From contig MHCJ01000001.1 of the NCBI GenBank assembly GCA_001816585.1, positions 21,538 through 85,537 of the forward strand: a stretch of DNA of 64,000 bases, read 5' to 3'. Both the position numbers and the translations under genes were made by a program. The notes beneath the pieces were generated by a model. The model made no database searches. It saw only the letters and a program-made list of their open reading frames with translations, and had not been told where the DNA came from. This DNA is from Candidatus Chisholmbacteria bacterium RIFCSPHIGHO2_01_FULL_52_32 (lineage in GTDB: Bacteria; Patescibacteriota; Microgenomatia; UBA1400; Chisholmbacteraceae). Positions 1-7,831 of this stretch are shown in pieces; the first letter of the stretch is position 1; each line of letters starts with the position of its first letter.

Positions 1-1
1 T

Positions 2-763
2 GAGGAGTACAAAGATTTTGTCTGTCAGGCCAACGAGTGCCTCTCCGGCGTCACCGACACCACCTACTGCGCCTCGGGGGATGTCGACGGCTCCGAGCCT
101 TCCGCCATCCGCCGCTGTCCGTTCAGATACTGCCGGCTCTCGGCCTGCCAATCGTCGCCCTCGAGCCCCTCAGACGGAGAGTACTGCGTGCAAAACGCCC
201 GCCGCGATTGCGACATCTACGGCTGGGGCGTTTGTCAAAATGGCTCTTGGGTGTCCACCCTCTCGACGGGTAACAGCGGGGCCTGCTATCCAACCCCCTA
301 CATCACCAAGCGTTGCTCCGGCGGCATCGCCGGAGAGCCGGGTTCCGGCTCCTGGACTACTTTGCCAGGTGCAGCCGAGCAAGGCCGCTGTGAGGAGATG
401 TTAGTCCCCATCAAGATCGCCTTTACCCCCGGCTACGTCCTTACCTACACCCCCTACCTTCGCTCCATCTGGGAAAACACCGTCCACCAAGTCCAGTCGA
501 TCTTTACCCCCTTCCGCACCGAAATCGGCAAAGCCATCTACGATTGGCCGGGAGAATCCTTCATCGGCTATTCCTATTTCGATGACTTCGCCGAGGCCGG
601 TGCCCCGCCGGGAACCGTTCCCGGGAGCATGGCCAAGATCTACTTCCGCTACCTTGGCTACATCCACTGTGCCAAAGAAAACCTCTTAAACAAACTCTCT
701 CCCCTCCTCTACGACATCCCGTATGTCTACTACGATGCCCGCTGCAACGCAGAGCTGTGGTAA
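2..763 (+). CDS. hypothetical Cys-rich secreted-type protein, 5' partial (frame open to window edge)
   Basis: Frame-2 ORF is open from nt 2 (EEYKDFVCQANECLSG...) to TAA at 761-763. About 14 Cys; Gly/Ser/Thr/Tyr-rich. No catalytic motif recognised. Confidence 0.45.
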   Translation, partial: EEYKDFVCQANECLSGVTDTTYCASGDVDGSEPSAIRRCPFRYCRLSACQSSPSSPSDGEYCVQNARRDCDIYGWGVCQNGSWVSTLSTGNSGACYPTPYITKRCSGGIAGEPGSGSWTTLPGAAEQGRCEEMLVPIKIAFTPGYVLTYTPYLRSIWENTVHQVQSIFTPFRTEIGKAIYDWPGESFIGYSYFDDFAEAGAPPGTVPGSMAKIYFRYLGYIHCAKENLLNKLSPLLYDIPYVYYDARCNAELW

Positions 764-800
764 AACAGTTGTCAGTGAAAAGTCAAAAGTTGAAAGTATT
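764..800 (-). promoter_or_regulatory. inverted copy of the recurrent ACTTTTSACTTTT heptamer-repeat motif
   Basis: Reverse complement of 764-800 reads AATACTTTCAACTTTTGACTTTTCACTGACAACTGTT. This matches the direct motif copies at 1183, 7794, 12997, 19218 and 32568. Confidence 0.4.
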
Positions 801-808
801 GGAGAAAA

Positions 809-1174
809 GTGGACAACAAAACCTTTAGTGAGGAGCTAAAGCGTCGGATCTACCGATTCATCACCGATCTTGTGAAATTCACCGAAACACTTCCCAAAAA
901 CGATCCTTTGTCTCGAATCGCCACGAATCAATTGTTACGCAGCGGCACAAGCATCGGTGCCAACTATGTCGAGGCGATTGCCGGAAGTTCCAAAAAGGAT
1001 TTCGCCAACTTCCTCTCTCACTGCTTAAAGTCCGCAAACGAATCAAAGTTCTGGCTTGCCCTCCTCCGAGATACGGGAAAAGGTGCTAAGGACAAAATCA
1101 ATCAGTTGCTGAAAGAACTTATAGAGATATCAAAAATACTCGGAACCAGCGTGAAAACATTAAGAAGTAAATAA
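809..1174 (+). CDS. four-helix-bundle protein (23S rRNA intervening-sequence protein family, TIGR02436-like)
   Basis: GTG start. Motifs IGANYVEA and SKKDFANFLSHCLKSANESKFWLALLRD are typical of the family. 121 aa. Confidence 0.7.
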   Translation: MDNKTFSEELKRRIYRFITDLVKFTETLPKNDPLSRIATNQLLRSGTSIGANYVEAIAGSSKKDFANFLSHCLKSANESKFWLALLRDTGKGAKDKINQLLKELIEISKILGTSVKTLRSK

Positions 1175-1182
1175 TTCTATAG

Positions 1183-1203
1183 ACTTTTGACTTTTAACTG
1201 TGG
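1183..1203 (+). promoter_or_regulatory. recurrent upstream motif copy A (GACTTTTGACTTTTAACTGTG)
   Basis: Lies 12 nt upstream of ATG 1215. Shares ACTTTT(G/C)ACTTTTAACT with four other plus-strand upstream regions. Confidence 0.45.
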
Positions 1204-1214
1204 ACTGTTCTAGA

Positions 1215-2675
1215 ATGAATTCGATGCCGAAACTCCGTCTGCTTCCCAAAATCGTAAGCGTGGTCCTCCTGCTTCTCTTTTTCTCAACCGGCCTCGCCTA
1301 CGCCCAAGGCATCTGGTACGACCCTACCCCCGAAGAACACGCCACAGCCTTACAGGAGTGCGAGAGCGGCGAAGTCGGCTTGGAGTGCACCGTCCAAGCC
1401 ATTGTTTCCGGGGTCGGCAACTCCCTAGGATATGGTGGAGCAGGTGATCCCACCATAGCCCAAAAGCCAGGTGCCATCGGCTTCGCTGCCGCGATGATTG
1501 GAAAATTGATGGGTAACCTTCCCATCTCTTCCCACGACTACGTCCAGTATGTCGCAAGCAAGATGAACATCGCCCAACCCGCCTATGCCCAGGGGACAGG
1601 TTACTCTGTCCTCTCCCCCTTAATCCGGGTCTGGAGCGCATTCCGAAATATCGCCTACCTTGCCTATGTCTTGATCTTCATCTTTATCGGCTTTATGATC
1701 ATGTTCCGTGCCAAACTCGATCCCCAAACCGTAGTCAACGTCCAGAATTCCCTCCCCAAACTCGTCATCACCCTTCTCCTCATCACTTTCTCCTATGCCA
1801 TCGCCGGGTTTATGGTGGATCTCATCTACCTAGGTATTTATATTCTGATCGCCACGTTTGATTCAGCCGGCCTCCTCGGTGAACCGACGATTGCGTTAAA
1901 CCGCCTCCTCACCCAGAATCTCTTTGAGCTTGTCTTCAAGGCCGGGCTTTGGCGCCTGACGGCCAATGCCGCCCAGTCAGTGCAGGAACTGATTTCAAGT
2001 GCCTTGGCAAATTGGTCGATCGGCAAGTACCTCGGCTCAATCAGCGGCTGGTTGGCCCATGCGGTCTTCGTGATCGCTTTGCTCTTTGCCATGTTTAAGC
2101 TTTTCTTCCAACTGGGAATAGCCTACATTCAAATCATCCTGCAAACCATCTTCGCCCCCATCTTCATCCTCTTCAACGCTCTCCCGGGGTCCCAAAGTTT
2201 CAGCAGTTGGCTGCGCAATTTCCTTTCTAATATCCTTATCTTTCCGGCCGTTGCCACGCTCTTTCTCATTGCCGCCGTTCTCTTAGGCCCCTACCAACCC
2301 GGTCCGGGTAAACCTTCGGAAGATCCGTTCGACATCACCGCTCCCTTGATTCCTTCCGGCACTCCGTTCTGGATGCCCCCGTTCATCGGTCTAGCTGGAG
2401 GGGTGGATGCGGAGGCCATTCTCCAGTTAATCGGCTTCTTCTTCATTCTCTTTGCGCCGCAGATGGTTTCAACCTTACAGCAAGCCCTGAAAGCGAAACC
2501 GCTTCCTACCGGCGGCGTCTTTGCCCCGATCGCCGCCGGTGCCGGCATTGTTGGCGGTGCCCTCGGCGCTCCCGGAAGAGCCATTGGCGGAGTAGCCAGG
2601 GGAGTTGTGGGCGGATATGTTCAACAGAAAGGCGAAGCCCTCGGCGGAGAACTCTTCCCACCAAGAAGAAGATAA
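1215..2675 (+). CDS. polytopic membrane protein with signal peptide; possible VirB6/TrbL/PrgH-like T4SS channel component
   Basis: N-terminal signal peptide (LLPKIVSVVLLLLFFSTGLAYAQG). An ~150-aa extracytoplasmic domain is followed by at least 6 predicted TM helices and a Gly/Ala-rich C-terminal tail. Call rests on topology analogy only. Alternative starts are GTG 1200 and ATG 1224. Confidence 0.5.
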   Translation: MNSMPKLRLLPKIVSVVLLLLFFSTGLAYAQGIWYDPTPEEHATALQECESGEVGLECTVQAIVSGVGNSLGYGGAGDPTIAQKPGAIGFAAAMIGKLMGNLPISSHDYVQYVASKMNIAQPAYAQGTGYSVLSPLIRVWSAFRNIAYLAYVLIFIFIGFMIMFRAKLDPQTVVNVQNSLPKLVITLLLITFSYAIAGFMVDLIYLGIYILIATFDSAGLLGEPTIALNRLLTQNLFELVFKAGLWRLTANAAQSVQELISSALANWSIGKYLGSISGWLAHAVFVIALLFAMFKLFFQLGIAYIQIILQTIFAPIFILFNALPGSQSFSSWLRNFLSNILIFPAVATLFLIAAVLLGPYQPGPGKPSEDPFDITAPLIPSGTPFWMPPFIGLAGGVDAEAILQLIGFFFILFAPQMVSTLQQALKAKPLPTGGVFAPIAAGAGIVGGALGAPGRAIGGVARGVVGGYVQQKGEALGGELFPPRRR

Positions 2676-2692
2676 AAGGATCCACCGATCAC

Positions 2693-5600
2693 TCATTCGG
2701 AGAGAACATATTTCTGAAGATCCGCCATCCCGCGCTTCAATGCATCATAAACAATTGTCCCTCCTGCAAAAATGAGCCCGGGAACAGAATACTGATGCAG
2801 GTAGGAAAGGACGATATCCCGTTTCCTGGCATGCAGGAGCTTTTCAAGCGTTTTTGCACCATCCTCCCCAATGTACGGCCGCAGTTCCTGGACGAACCGC
2901 CACCGCTCCGCCGTTGACAAGCTCATCCCGCTCTTTCCGAACCGCCGCTGGGCAGCCGAGGAGGACTGGTTGAAAATCTTTATATCCCGCAGAGCTCCAA
3001 CCGGCCCCAGGAAAAACCCTCCGACAAATCCTAAGATTGACCCGAGCGGACCGAGCTGTTTCTTTAGGGCATACAGCTGTTTCCCCTCAACCCACGGGTC
3101 GGCCGTGTACATGTCGTTTAAGAAAACCCCTGCCAGCGAAGCGGTAATCTTCTGCCTATCTCCCTCCCCAAGATGCCCGAGCGCCTGCTTAACCTCAAGT
3201 AGCCCCTTGACAAATTCCTCGCGGCTCTGTGGGCTACCTTCCCGTGTTCCCGATAAACCCGCCGCAAGGTGAAAAATCCCCTCCGCTCCCTTACCTGCCA
3301 TCATTCCATCGATGAAACGCCTGGCATACATCCGCGGTCCTCCTGCTCCCCAATCGGTCTCCTCATGGAGAACATCATCGAGAAACGGCGCGTAGTTGAA
3401 CCGCATCCCCGCCAATTGCTCCGCAAGATCTCTTCTCTTCCCGCCATCCGTTGCCCCAAACGCCGTCAATCTCCCGATGAGCGCTTTCTCCTGATCATTA
3501 AAATTCTCATCTGGTAACAACCCGGGCACCTCCTTCATATTTAAAAGGTTCTCTATCAAAAAATCCTCATAATATTCTTCCTGCTTTTCCCGATCTAGAG
3601 GTCGTGCGCCATTACCGTCTTCCTCGCGGATCCTTTCATAGTACCCCTGCACCGCAGCCTCCTCCACCCGCCAGAGCTTCTTTTGAGTCTCCCTCCACCT
3701 ATCCCACACCTTCTTCTCCCACTTCTCACATTGCTTAGCCCATTCCTTCCGTGGCTCATCGAGATCTTTTTCCGTCTTGATTATTTTCTGCTCTCCTCCG
3801 ATCTCAACTGTGTCTCCAATCTTCATCGTAAACTCCTCCGGCCGGTCGAATTTCGTGTGGTCGGGATCCAGTTCATCCGCAATCATCCAAACGGGAAGCC
3901 GTACACCTTCCTGCCGAAAGACCTCTTCCTGTTTCCTCTCGTGCAAACGCCGATCTCTCTCAGCCTTGGTATACTGCGCCTTCTTCTCAATAAATTCCTT
4001 ATCGTGGTCATAGTCCTGATCAGCCAAAGCCCTGTTCGCAGCATACTTCTGAAACGCCTCCATTTCCCCCGCTTTACCTTGGAAAAAGACTCCCTGAAGC
4101 CTTCCATCTTTATCATGCGCCACTGACGGGAGTAGAGACAGTGTTCGCGAAGGCATCCGTTGCGGCACCTTCTCAAGTATTTTCGTCCGCTTTTCGAGCG
4201 CCTCCTTCTTCTCTTCCTTCTTATCGTCCGTAAAATCATCCGGATGTTTGGCGTTCGCCAGCTGTACCGACAGCGCCAGATCCATCCGCTCACGAAGCGC
4301 CTTGGTTGCAAGCAAAGATCGCCAAAAAGAAGAACTCCACTCCGAGCCAAAACCGAACAGGTTCTCGGGGCTGAACTTGCTCAAAAGCAGCTCATCCTGT
4401 TTGCCATGAAAGAACGCGGGCAACATCGCATTCATCTGCGACATCAACCGCTCCATGGTTTCAAGCGAATCCCCGTACTGGTCGAACCGGTCGGCAAGGA
4501 ACCGTACCGGGTTCATCGCCGTCAGGATCTTCTCAAATGGCGGGCTGTAAAGGTGGCCTAATTCATCGCGTTCCGGCAATCTTCCTTGAGCCGCATAGTC
4601 CGCCGTCCGCATATCGGCATTGGCGATCTTCAAAGCCAAGGCCGCCAACCGTTTTGCTTCCGTTTCATCAGGAGTTACTGGAAAACGCCCGCCCTCATCA
4701 CCCTCAAACGAGTGAAAAACCCTCCCTGCTTGGGAAAGCTTTAAAAGCTCCTCGGAAACGCTCTGAACAATGGAATCCGGCCCTCCTTCAAGCGAGAGCG
4801 CCTCAAAGGTCAATCTCCCCTTGTTTTTCGGATCGAAAAGTGTGCTTGCAGTTTCCTTCTCAACTAGCCGTAGTGCTACGCCCAAGCCTGGTTCCATCCG
4901 AACAATATGACTGCGGTCCCGGGAATGTCCCATGATCTCCGCACTCTTCGCAAGTTGCTCCAGATCCCCGCCGCTCTCCATGGTGACCGAGAGGTTGTGG
5001 AATAAGCGTCGCGCAACCCACCAACCCTGGTAGTCATAGTAATAACCCATCCCTCCGCCGCTCTTCACCTTTTCCAAAAACTCACCCCAAAGCTGCCAAT
5101 CCTCACTGGCGAAGTTGAACTGCTGTCGGGGATCGACCTCAGCTTCAGAAACAATTAGGTTGAAAATCCCGTCAACCGACTGCTTTGCCTGTCGCCGCTC
5201 AGCTTGCTGGTCCCTGGCCGCTTGAGTCAAAACCTCCCCATCTCTCTCCGTGGGTTTTCTCATCCGCCGGAACACCCCATCGTACTCAAGCTTCTTCATT
5301 TTCCCCAGCACTTCATAGAATCTCGGGCTATAAAGTCGCTGTGGCTCAAGAAATTTAAATGCATGCTCGCTATCCTTTCTGAATTGTTCCCTCTCTTTCT
5401 TGAACTCCCTCCCCAGCGTCTCAAGAAACTCGGGCGAGGGAACTTCATGTCTCTCCAGTATTTCATCAACCTGCGTTGCATACTTCTCCAGCTGATCGAT
5501 ATAACCCCCGAGCAAACGCACTGCCCGATGACCAACGGGAGCATGCTCAGAAGAAAGTTCTTGCACTTCCCGCTGAACATAACCCAACCTTGCCTTGGCA

Positions 5601-6325
5601 TAAGCAAGCTCACTGTCGAGATAGCCGAGAGTAAATCCTTCCTCTTCCTCAGGCTCCGCAGCCGCCTCAACCGACGGTCCCTTCATGCCTTCGGAGGGCC
5701 CTTCCGAAGGCCCAGGAATCTTCTCCGGCCTCTCAACAACGCCACCCTGTTCCGGTCGCGCTACCTCCTCGGCCGGCTTCCCTTCCGGCTTGGCTTCCTC
5801 AACCACCCCTCCCCTCAATAATCCTTCAAGCTCGAGAGACTCCCCCTTTGATAACTGTTTTGCTCCCAAAAGCCAAAGCATAACCTCAGCATCCGTTTTC
5901 GCCCCCGCCGCCCTTGCCGCCGCTATCAGTTCCTGGTACTTCTGTTCCTTAAACAGCTTCTGGATTTCCTTCCACAAGGTCCTGAGAATTGCCAACAGAA
6001 GTTTCCAAAGACCTGCCCGCTCTTTCTCGGGTATCTCCTCCCCTTTTTCTCTTTTCTTGAGGAACGCGAACAGCTGTTTGAGCTTCTCATCGGCAACTTC
6101 CGGCTTTGTCACCACTCCTTTTTCCTTGACCTTCTCCAGCGCTTCCTTGAAAAGCGCCTCCCGCATGTCCCAACTTTTGTCCACATCCTTGGCTTCAGCC
6201 GGAGGCTTCGGCTTCTCCGACCCACCACCGGAAGACCCCGCCGCCCGTCGCTCCGGCCTCTCCCTCCTGGGGGGCTTTCCTTGAGATTCCGGATTTTTCT
6301 TTAGTCCATCCTCATGCTCTGCCAT
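2693..6325 (-). CDS. large hypothetical protein (1210 aa), highly charged/coiled-coil-rich with a C-terminal hydrophobic Gly-rich segment
   Basis: Uninterrupted 3.6-kb ORF with a K/E/R-rich N-terminus and a GYYYDYQGWW motif. C-terminal segment LGPLGSILGFVGGFFLGPVGAL. No P-loop or other catalytic signature seen. Confidence 0.6.
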   Translation of the reverse strand: MAEHEDGLKKNPESQGKPPRRERPERRAAGSSGGGSEKPKPPAEAKDVDKSWDMREALFKEALEKVKEKGVVTKPEVADEKLKQLFAFLKKREKGEEIPEKERAGLWKLLLAILRTLWKEIQKLFKEQKYQELIAAARAAGAKTDAEVMLWLLGAKQLSKGESLELEGLLRGGVVEEAKPEGKPAEEVARPEQGGVVERPEKIPGPSEGPSEGMKGPSVEAAAEPEEEEGFTLGYLDSELAYAKARLGYVQREVQELSSEHAPVGHRAVRLLGGYIDQLEKYATQVDEILERHEVPSPEFLETLGREFKKEREQFRKDSEHAFKFLEPQRLYSPRFYEVLGKMKKLEYDGVFRRMRKPTERDGEVLTQAARDQQAERRQAKQSVDGIFNLIVSEAEVDPRQQFNFASEDWQLWGEFLEKVKSGGGMGYYYDYQGWWVARRLFHNLSVTMESGGDLEQLAKSAEIMGHSRDRSHIVRMEPGLGVALRLVEKETASTLFDPKNKGRLTFEALSLEGGPDSIVQSVSEELLKLSQAGRVFHSFEGDEGGRFPVTPDETEAKRLAALALKIANADMRTADYAAQGRLPERDELGHLYSPPFEKILTAMNPVRFLADRFDQYGDSLETMERLMSQMNAMLPAFFHGKQDELLLSKFSPENLFGFGSEWSSSFWRSLLATKALRERMDLALSVQLANAKHPDDFTDDKKEEKKEALEKRTKILEKVPQRMPSRTLSLLPSVAHDKDGRLQGVFFQGKAGEMEAFQKYAANRALADQDYDHDKEFIEKKAQYTKAERDRRLHERKQEEVFRQEGVRLPVWMIADELDPDHTKFDRPEEFTMKIGDTVEIGGEQKIIKTEKDLDEPRKEWAKQCEKWEKKVWDRWRETQKKLWRVEEAAVQGYYERIREEDGNGARPLDREKQEEYYEDFLIENLLNMKEVPGLLPDENFNDQEKALIGRLTAFGATDGGKRRDLAEQLAGMRFNYAPFLDDVLHEETDWGAGGPRMYARRFIDGMMAGKGAEGIFHLAAGLSGTREGSPQSREEFVKGLLEVKQALGHLGEGDRQKITASLAGVFLNDMYTADPWVEGKQLYALKKQLGPLGSILGFVGGFFLGPVGALRDIKIFNQSSSAAQRRFGKSGMSLSTAERWRFVQELRPYIGEDGAKTLEKLLHARKRDIVLSYLHQYSVPGLIFAGGTIVYDALKRGMADLQKYVLSE

Positions 6326-6428
6326 AGCTTTACTTTCATAGTACTACAAACACCAACGCTAAGTAATTTTCACCATTTTCCAGAGTTAAACGGTATTCTA
6401 CCACAAAAACTATAAAGGGTCAACCAGT

Positions 6429-6455
6429 ATTCAGTCTGCCAATGGCAGACTGAAT
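6429..6455. repeat. perfect 13-bp inverted repeat ATTCAGTCTGCCA-A-TGGCAGACTGAAT (operator-like palindrome or hairpin)
   Basis: Read directly. The arms 6429-6441 and 6443-6455 are exact reverse complements. Sits in the divergent intergenic region between the 1210-aa gene (start 6325) and the second four-helix-bundle gene. Confidence 0.7.
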
Positions 6456-6509
6456 CATTGTTATATTGCTACATTGAAACATTGCTGCTCTTTTTGTAAA
6501 GTTCCAATC

Positions 6510-6884
6510 ATGAAGAAGTATTTAAAGTTGAATGACATTAATTGCTATAAAAGGTCCCTGACGCTATCACAACATGTGTGGGAGATTGTGAATTCGTGGG
6601 AAAAGTTCGCCAAAAGCACTGTTGGTATCCAATATGTCAAAGCCATAGATTCAATTTCCGCAACGATTTCCGAAGGTTTCGGGCGCTTCTTTAAGAAAGA
6701 TAAGATCTTGTTTTACCGCTATAGCCTGGGTTCCGTAACTGAAGCTCTTGATTGGACCCAAAAATCCTGGAAGCGCAAACTCCTAACGAAAGTTCAATAT
6801 GAACATATCTTGAATGAACTTCAAGAACTTCCAAGGGAAATTCGCTATCTGATCAAATTCACAGGTGAAAAATTGAAGAAGTAA
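6510..6884 (+). CDS. four-helix-bundle protein (23S rRNA IVS protein family), second copy
   Basis: ATG at 6510 (MKKYLKLNDINCYKRSLTLSQHVWEIV...). Motifs GFGRFFKKDKILFYRYSLGSVTEALDW match the family. The ORF track's TTG start at 6474 is also possible. Confidence 0.65.
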   Translation: MKKYLKLNDINCYKRSLTLSQHVWEIVNSWEKFAKSTVGIQYVKAIDSISATISEGFGRFFKKDKILFYRYSLGSVTEALDWTQKSWKRKLLTKVQYEHILNELQELPREIRYLIKFTGEKLKK

Positions 6885-6935
6885 ATGAAGGCTCTCCCAG
6901 AAACAATTTAGCAATTTAACAATATAGCAATGGGG

Positions 6936-7238
6936 TTAAGCCGCTCCCGCGGCTTTCCTCGGCCTCCCTCCTCTCTTCCCATACTCCCTCGGAGTTAACA
7001 CAGAAGAAAAATGCGCGGATACTGCCTTCTCCGTGGTGAACCAAATCCACGGGAACCCTTTCTTTTTACTCTCCCTTCTCCGCTTCTCTCCCTCTATCTT
7101 TCCGGTGTTCAAGAGCCTGCGAATCCGATGTGTCGATCTCCCAACCTTCCTTGCCACCTCCGCCACCGAAAGCAACCCCTCCTTTTCCGGAGTCCTCACC
7201 GCTTCAACTGGTGGAGCTAAACCCTCTTTCTCCTCCAT
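6936..7238 (-). CDS. helix-turn-helix DNA-binding protein, excisionase/MerR-like
   Basis: LLSVAEVARKVGRSTHRIRRLLNTGKIEGEK is a typical HTH. Basic C-terminus. Start chosen at MEEKEG (7238); the longer ORF to 7286 is possible. Confidence 0.55.
   Translation of the reverse strand: MEEKEGLAPPVEAVRTPEKEGLLSVAEVARKVGRSTHRIRRLLNTGKIEGEKRRRESKKKGFPWIWFTTEKAVSAHFSSVLTPREYGKRGGRPRKAAGAA
6938..6955 (+). terminator. GC-rich hairpin AAGCCGC-TCCC-GCGGCTT downstream of the four-helix-bundle gene (no T-tract)
   Basis: 7-bp stem with a 4-nt loop. The same 16-mer AGCCGCTCCCGCGGCT forms the groEL terminator at 41059-41074. Overlaps the last codons of the convergent HTH gene. Confidence 0.35.
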
Positions 7239-7311
7239 AGCCGCAAGTATAGCAAAAGAGTGAAAGCGCAAAACATAAAAAGGCAAAAGGCAAAACTTCA
7301 GTTCAAGAGAG

Positions 7312-7350
7312 AATCATGTATTATGAATTATGAATCATGAATTATGAATG
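7312..7350. repeat. five tandem heptamers ATGTATT-ATGAATT-ATGAATC-ATGAATT-ATGAATG
   Basis: Read directly. Located immediately upstream (in its orientation) of the minus-strand HTH gene. Confidence 0.7.
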
Positions 7351-7793
7351 AGGAGCCCACGGAGATTTCTTCACCCTTTTGCAGCCGCCGCAGTTTCCCG
7401 AACGGAACATGAGCGGGAAACCAAAACTGACCTCTTTCCCTAAATCCCCTTTGAACGCAGCTACTCGAGAATGAAGTGAGCGAATTCCTTTAAAAAGTCA
7501 TCGACTGTCCGACGAAGGGTTTATCCCGAGGAGTTTGATGACATGGGATGAGCGAACAAGTTCCCGAGAGATCGTTCGCTGGGGTGCCCTTCTTTTGGAT
7601 ACTTTTCTCGGGCAAGCAAGAAAAGGATCAATCCATTTGTGTGCGCAAAGAAGCAACTGCCATTCTTGGACTGGCAAAGACGGCCCCAATTCTGTCTGGA
7701 GTATAAAATTTCTTTACCTAATCCATTTCCACCTGCTATGATGAGCAAAGAACCACAAAACCATCTCATCAACTTTTAACGTATTGCTCTTAA

Positions 7794-7827
7794 AACTTTG
7801 AACTTTTCATTTTGAACTTTAAACTAT
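7794..7827 (+). promoter_or_regulatory. recurrent upstream motif copy B (AACTTTGAACTTTTCATTTTGAACTTTAAACTAT)
   Basis: Ends 4 nt before ATG 7832. No Shine-Dalgarno follows. TTGAAC-N16-TAAACT resembles a -35/-10 pair, which would make the mRNA leaderless. Confidence 0.45.
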
Positions 7828-7831
7828 CTTT

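Noticed and set aside
3683-6284. Several 130-205-aa plus-strand ORFs (3683..4126, 4160..4561, 5204..5821, 5685..6284)
   Set aside because: All lie inside and antisense to the uninterrupted 1210-aa minus-strand ORF. They are S/P/L/R-rich low-complexity translations.
7287-7831. 545-nt non-coding region scanned for RNase P RNA, tmRNA, SRP RNA or tRNA
   Set aside because: No hallmark motifs found (no GGAAAGUCCGG/P4 elements, no tRNA-like 3' end with GGUUCGA T-loop, no SRP GNRA-AGGAAG core). It contains the heptamer motif copy B and scattered short hairpins only.
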